This document shows positions 59,271 to 64,000 of a stretch of DNA of 64,000 bases, one piece after another (the stretch's first letter is position 1; the number at the start of each line of letters is the position of its first letter). A program made the position numbers and the translations under genes. Below the pieces are notes generated by a model that was not told the origin of the DNA, made no database searches, and was given only the letters and a program-made list of their open reading frames with translations. Source of the DNA: an uncultured Sutterella sp. (GTDB lineage: Bacteria; Pseudomonadota; Gammaproteobacteria; Burkholderiales; Burkholderiaceae_F); assembly GCA_937906995.1 (NCBI GenBank), contig CALESB010000019.1, positions 5,993-69,992 of the forward strand, written 5' to 3'.

Positions 59271-59537
59271 GAATTCTTGATGCACAAAGTATGCCAAAAA
59301 TTCAAAGCAATAGGGCAATTTTTTGTCTCGATTTTTCGCAAAAAAGTATTAATGGTTTTCTGCAGTAATGAGGCGATGTAATTTCAACACTAAAATCGCG
59401 AAGATAAGGCAGGCATATTAGTGTTAATAACGATATATGCCGAATTTGGTATTACGGTGGTCTAGAATAGACTCTTAAGGTCGTTGGTTACAGTGTAATT
59501 GACGAGATTATTAATGTTCCCCTCAAGGAGAATCAGT

Positions 59538-60947
59538 ATGTGGGACTTATTGTTAAAGGGTGCTCGAGTTGTTGACCCGCTCAACAACATCGATGGAATT
59601 CGCGACGTTGCTATTGAAAATGGTGTGATTGCTGAAGTCGGTGTTGATTTGCCTGGCGGTAAGGCTCGTGTTGTGGAAGACTACACGGGTTATGTATTAC
59701 AACCGGGTATCATCGACAGTCACGTTCACTTGGGGGAAATGTGGGGTTCTGTATACGGCTATAAGATGTTGGCAATGGCCGGTGTCACGACGTGCTTGGA
59801 TATGGCAGGTCCTTTGGACAATGTTTTGAAGAACATTCCGCAACACGGCAGTGGCATCAATATGGCAATTTTGCAATATGCCTCTCCTCCCTTTACCTTC
59901 AAGACCAATGAACCAAGCAAAGCAGAAATGGATGCTTTGATTTCAGAATCGATGAAGACGGGTGCTTTGGGTGTCAAGCTCTTAGGTGGTCACTATCCAC
60001 TTAAGCCCCAAGTCTCTTCTCTTTTAATTAAGACGGCTCTTGAGCACGGTGCTTACATTGCTTGGCATGCCGGTACGAGTGAACATGGTTCGAACATTGA
60101 AGGGATGCGTGAAGCCGTTGAAATGAGTAAGGGTAACTTCTTGCACTTGGCTCATATCAATGCCTATTGTCGTGGTGCTATTCGTTCTGAATTGGACGAA
60201 ACGCGCGAAGCCATCGATTTGTTGTTAGCAAATGACCACATCCACTGCGAAAGCTACATTTCTCCGCGTAATGGTACGCGCTTGACGTGCTTTGAAAATG
60301 GCGAAGTTCAATCTAAGGTGACGGGTAACTGCTTGAAGCGTTTTGGCTTCACGCCGGATAAGGAAGGTATCGAAGGCGCCTTTAAGGCCAAGCGTGTTTG
60401 GGCTGTCTATGATGCCGGTGGTTACTCTGATCTTGTTACGGGTGAAGAAGGTCTTGCTCTTTGGAAGAGCTGCAATACGGACGTTGGCGGTTCTTTCAAT
60501 GTCAATCCGCCGTTGCCCCGTATTATGTTGTCTCAAGCTAAGCGTGCTGATGGTAGCTTCGTTGTTGATGCTATCTCCACTGACGGTGGTTGCATCCCAC
60601 GCAACGTTATTTTGGAACAAGGCTTATCTTTGGTTCGTTTAGACGTTTTGACCTTGCCGGAATTTGTCGCTAAGACCAGTTTGAACCCCGCTCGTATGTT
60701 GCGCTTAGATAATAAGGGTCACTTGAGCGTTGGCGCTGATGCTGATATCACTATTTTTGATATGAATGCACAAAAGGCCGTTGCTAGCTTTGTGAAGGGT
60801 AAGACTGTTCTTAAGGGCGGTCAAGTTCAAGGCTGTGGTGGTACGGTCATTTGTACGGAACAAGGTGCAGATCATGTTCGTTCCATGGGTATTGATGCCT
60901 TAGTGGTTGATCCTGGTAAGCCTGTAGCTGAACGCATTAAGTTCTAA
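59538..60947 (+). CDS. Metal-dependent amidohydrolase, paralog B
   Basis: PGIIDSHVH, KLLGGH, STDGG; AGGAG RBS; clearly paralogous to the 53393 gene. Confidence 0.85.
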   Translation: MWDLLLKGARVVDPLNNIDGIRDVAIENGVIAEVGVDLPGGKARVVEDYTGYVLQPGIIDSHVHLGEMWGSVYGYKMLAMAGVTTCLDMAGPLDNVLKNIPQHGSGINMAILQYASPPFTFKTNEPSKAEMDALISESMKTGALGVKLLGGHYPLKPQVSSLLIKTALEHGAYIAWHAGTSEHGSNIEGMREAVEMSKGNFLHLAHINAYCRGAIRSELDETREAIDLLLANDHIHCESYISPRNGTRLTCFENGEVQSKVTGNCLKRFGFTPDKEGIEGAFKAKRVWAVYDAGGYSDLVTGEEGLALWKSCNTDVGGSFNVNPPLPRIMLSQAKRADGSFVVDAISTDGGCIPRNVILEQGLSLVRLDVLTLPEFVAKTSLNPARMLRLDNKGHLSVGADADITIFDMNAQKAVASFVKGKTVLKGGQVQGCGGTVICTEQGADHVRSMGIDALVVDPGKPVAERIKF

Positions 60948-61055
60948 TGCATTGATTCATAAAGAGAAAGCGAAAAAGCGGAAAAAATATTAAAAAATTT
61001 TTGCAAAAACACTTGCAAAGCGAAAAAAAATCCTATAAACTTCGTTTTCTCTTTT

Positions 61056-61131
61056 GGGGGTATAGCTCAGTTGGTAGAGCACTTGCATGGCATGCAAGGG
61101 GTCAGCGGTTCGAATCCGCTTACCTCCACCA
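61056..61131 (+). tRNA. tRNA-Ala(GGC)
   Basis: GGGGGTA acceptor, loop ATGGCAT, TTCGAATCC, CCA. Confidence 0.97.
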
Positions 61132-61147
61132 AAAGAAAATGTTTTAG

Positions 61148-61223
61148 GTCCCCATCGTCTAGAGGCCTAGGACACGACCCTTTCACGGTCGGTACCGGGG
61201 TTCGAATCCCCGTGGGGACGCCA
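61148..61223 (+). tRNA. tRNA-Glu(TTC)
   Basis: GTCCCCA acceptor, loop CTTTCAC, CCA. Confidence 0.97.
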
Positions 61224-61231
61224 TCACTTAG

Positions 61232-61255
61232 AAGCAACCTTTCGGTTGCTTTTTT
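61232..61255 (+). terminator. Terminator after tRNAs
   Basis: AAGCAACC-TTTC-GGTTGCTT-TTTT. Confidence 0.75.
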
Positions 61256-61310
61256 GTTTTCTACTATATAATTTCGCATCTTCTTTTTTCTTCGATTCTG
61301 AAGGCACATT

Positions 61311-61877
61311 ATGAAAGCACTCAAAGAGCGAATCCTCAAAGACGGCAAATGCTTTGACGGCGGTATTCTCAAGGTTGATAACTTCATTAACCATCAAATG
61401 GACCCTATTTTGATGAAATCCATGGCAGTGGAGTTTGTTCGTCGATTTGCTGGTACGGAAATCAATAAGATTTTGACGATTGAGGCCAGTGGTATCGCGC
61501 CGGCGATTATGGTGGGTTATTTGTTGGAGTTGCCCGTTGTGTTTGCGAAGAAAAAAGTCCCAAGCACGATGGAAAATATGTTGGCAACAAAGGTTTATTC
61601 CTTTACCAAGAATCGTACGTATGATGTTTGTGTCAGCAAGGATTACCTGAAAGAAGGCGATAAGGTGCTCTTTATCGATGACTTCTTAGCCAATGGTAAC
61701 GCAGCCAAGGGCATCATTGACTTGGTTAACCAAGCTGGTGCAGAACTCGTTGGTATGGGCTTTTTGATTGAAAAGGGGTTTCAAGCCGGTGGCAATGAGT
61801 TGCGTGATTTAGGCGTCCATGTGGAATCGTTGGCAATTATCGATAGTCTCGATGATCGTAAAATTACTTTGCGTTAA
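61311..61877 (+). CDS. xpt: Xanthine phosphoribosyltransferase
   Basis: [31 protein letters not shown]. Confidence 0.95.
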   Translation: MKALKERILKDGKCFDGGILKVDNFINHQMDPILMKSMAVEFVRRFAGTEINKILTIEASGIAPAIMVGYLLELPVVFAKKKVPSTMENMLATKVYSFTKNRTYDVCVSKDYLKEGDKVLFIDDFLANGNAAKGIIDLVNQAGAELVGMGFLIEKGFQAGGNELRDLGVHVESLAIIDSLDDRKITLR

Positions 61878-61888
61878 GGAAAAGCAGC

Positions 61889-63259
61889 GTGGCTGAGTTA
61901 GATTTGCAAAAAGCGACCGAAGTCGCAAAACCTTCTTCTGAATTGATTTATGGTTTGGAAGATCGTCCGCCATTAAAGGATACGATTTTTGCGGCCTTAC
62001 AACATATGTTGGCTATTTTTGTCGCCATCGTGACGCCCCCTTTGATTATTGCCGGTGCAATGGGACTTGATTTGGAAACTACGAGTTATTTAGTTTCTAT
62101 GTCTTTAATGGTCTCCGGTATTGCGACATTTATTCAATGCCGTACAGTGGGTCCTATCGGTTGTGGATTGCTTTGCATTCAAGGTACGAGCTTCTCTTTC
62201 ATTGGTCCGATCATTTCTGCTGGTATGACGGGAGGTTTGGCAAGCGTTTTTGGTGCAACGATTGCTGCTTCTACGGTGGAAATGTTTGTTAGCCGTATTT
62301 TGAAGTACACTCGTCGCATCATTACACCTTTAATCTCTGGCATTGTTGTCACTTTAATCGGTATGAGCTTGATTAAGGTTGGCATCATCGCTTGTGGTGG
62401 TGGCTTTGCCGCTAAGGCCAACGGTACATTCGGTAGTTTCCAAAATCTTGGGATTGCAGCTCTTGTGCTGTGTTCCATTATTGCCTTTAATCGTAGCTCC
62501 AATCGCTACCTTCGCATGAGTTCTATTGTTTTGGGGTTGGCGATCGGTTACGCCGTTGCTTGGTATGTTGGTATGGTGGACTTTTCAGCTGTTAAAAGTT
62601 ACGGTGGCTTTAATATCCCAGTCCCATTTAAGTATGGCATTTCTTTTGATTGGGGTGCCATTATTGGCTTAGGTTTGGTTTATATGATTACCGCCATTGA
62701 AGCTTATGGTGACGTGACGGCTAACTCCATGATTTCTGGTCAACCCGTGCGTGGTGAAAAGTTCATGAAGCGTGCCCAAGGTGGTATTTTGGCCGATGGC
62801 TTTAATTCCATGATTGCTGGTATGTTGAATTCTTTCCCGAACTCTATTTTTGCTCAAAATAACGGGATGATTCAGTTAACGGGTGTGGCCAGTCGCTATG
62901 TAGGTTACTTTATCGCAGGCTTCTTAGTCTTGTTGGGTTTATTCCCAGCCATTGGTTTAGTGTTTAGTTTGATGCCGGATCCTGTCTTAGGGGGCGCTAC
63001 TTTATTGATGTTTGGTACGGTAGCTGCAGCTGGCCTTCGTATTATCGCTAGCCAACGAATTGATCGTAAGTCCATCTTAGTGATTGCTTTGAGCTTCTCT
63101 TTAGGCTTAAGCGTTGAAATGGTTCCAGAAATCTTGACGCAATTTCCAGAAACTTTGCGTAGTATTTTCTCTTCAGGCATTACAACAGGTGGTTTAACGG
63201 CTATTATTGCCAATGCCTTGATCCATATTGAAGAATATGAAGATAATAAGGATGAGTAA
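61889..63259 (+). CDS. NCS2 xanthine/uric acid permease
   Basis: ALQH, FAQNNGMIQLTGVASR NAT signature, PVLGGA. Confidence 0.93.
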   Translation: MAELDLQKATEVAKPSSELIYGLEDRPPLKDTIFAALQHMLAIFVAIVTPPLIIAGAMGLDLETTSYLVSMSLMVSGIATFIQCRTVGPIGCGLLCIQGTSFSFIGPIISAGMTGGLASVFGATIAASTVEMFVSRILKYTRRIITPLISGIVVTLIGMSLIKVGIIACGGGFAAKANGTFGSFQNLGIAALVLCSIIAFNRSSNRYLRMSSIVLGLAIGYAVAWYVGMVDFSAVKSYGGFNIPVPFKYGISFDWGAIIGLGLVYMITAIEAYGDVTANSMISGQPVRGEKFMKRAQGGILADGFNSMIAGMLNSFPNSIFAQNNGMIQLTGVASRYVGYFIAGFLVLLGLFPAIGLVFSLMPDPVLGGATLLMFGTVAAAGLRIIASQRIDRKSILVIALSFSLGLSVEMVPEILTQFPETLRSIFSSGITTGGLTAIIANALIHIEEYEDNKDE

Positions 63260-63332
63260 TACTCGCTGACAGCTTTAAAAAACGGCCAAGTTCGAGCATG
63301 CTCTAACTTGGCCTTTTATTTGTGTGAAAAAA

Positions 63333-64000
63333 ATGAAAAATCCCTTACGTTTTTGTATTTGGTTCTCTATATGTTTGGCGATTGCCTTGTTTGGTGTTTC
63401 GCTACGTTACCTAACTGTGGTTCAAAATCTCTCTCTTTGGCAATGGGGGCACTTTTTATCGTTGGCGAGTGGTCAATTTTTTGTTTTTGGCCTTCTTGTT
63501 GGTTTGTGTTTGATTTTTCCAGTGGCTTATTACTTTAAGAGTAAGACAACATTAGTTTGGTCGTGGTTATTGTCTTCTCTTATATTGACAGCGATGATGG
63601 CAGACACGTTTGTTTTCCAGCTTTATCGCTTTCATTTGAATTGGGCCATGGTTGACTTATTTATCAATGGAGGTAGTGAAGTTATTCACTTCTCATTTGA
63701 TATGTGGATCCAAATTCTGTTGCTTGTTGCTGGTATCTTAGTGGGATCCTCAGCTTTGGTGTGGGTAACCAATTTCTTATCAAATAAAACGTGTCGTGTA
63801 TTGCCCTGGAGCTTAATGCTTATTTCAGCTTTTATTGTTGGCAATTTGTCTCATGCATATGCTGTTGCCTTACAAGTCACGCCGATTTCTACGCTCAGTG
63901 AATCCGTTCCAGGTGTTCGTCCGTTAACGATGACGTCCTTTATGGCCAAAATGGGTTGGACAAGTGAAAAGGTTGAGAAAGTGAAAGTCTCTGAAAATGG
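63333..64000 (+). CDS. YejM/PbgA-like (DUF3413) membrane sulfatase-family protein, partial
   Basis: Manual translation from MKNPLRFCIW; TM segments and DTFVFQLYRFHLN motif; runs off window. Confidence 0.7.
   Translation, partial: MKNPLRFCIWFSICLAIALFGVSLRYLTVVQNLSLWQWGHFLSLASGQFFVFGLLVGLCLIFPVAYYFKSKTTLVWSWLLSSLILTAMMADTFVFQLYRFHLNWAMVDLFINGGSEVIHFSFDMWIQILLLVAGILVGSSALVWVTNFLSNKTCRVLPWSLMLISAFIVGNLSHAYAVALQVTPISTLSESVPGVRPLTMTSFMAKMGWTSEKVEKVKVSEN

Noticed and set aside
61224..61310. Purine riboswitch upstream of xpt
   Set aside because: Only a terminator and a short spacer; no aptamer consensus
61067..61387. ORFs overlapping tRNA-Ala and tRNA-Glu
   Set aside because: Artefacts of tRNA sequence
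1..64000. CRISPR array, rRNA or IS element
   Set aside because: No spaced repeats, rRNA motifs or transposase seen

Overview
The window has two parts. Positions 1 to ~36,540 are the larger part of an apparently intact temperate prophage with an HK97-type head and a Mu-like contractile tail (SfV/P27-like layout); the integrase and left att site lie outside the window. It carries an early leftward arm (MazG-like fragment, excisionase-like HTH, RecT/YqaJ, tRNA-Arg(TCT)), a cI/cro switch with cargo genes, replication, Q-like and RusA genes, HNH/terminase/head, tail and baseplate genes, two tail fibres and a lysis cassette, and it ends at a tRNA-Ser-like 3' remnant (attR). Positions ~36,540-64,000 are host chromosome, inferred to be a Burkholderiales/Sutterellaceae-like gut bacterium: rimP-nusA-infB-rbfA-truB-typA-ychJ-scpB-rluB, a yrbL-like gene, two tandem msbA-like genes, dcuC, two paralogous amidohydrolases, an RluA-family gene, fhs, tRNA-Ala, tRNA-Glu, xpt, a xanthine permease and a partial yejM-like gene. 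The standout is a translationally coupled cassette at 30,065-34,473 directly after the tail fibre. It encodes a small repeat protein with an NCNCDCDCDCDC tract fused to a cleavage-type Hint domain, followed by three radical SAM enzymes and one unknown protein. This looks like a phage-encoded RiPP-like system that may chemically modify a virion tail-tip protein. Other signals are two candidate type I toxin-antitoxin loci sharing a hairpin motif, a long structured early leader with no N gene, a -1 tail-chaperone frameshift and an unassigned three-way-junction RNA upstream of fhs. All calls come from reading the sequence and motifs; no database searches were run.
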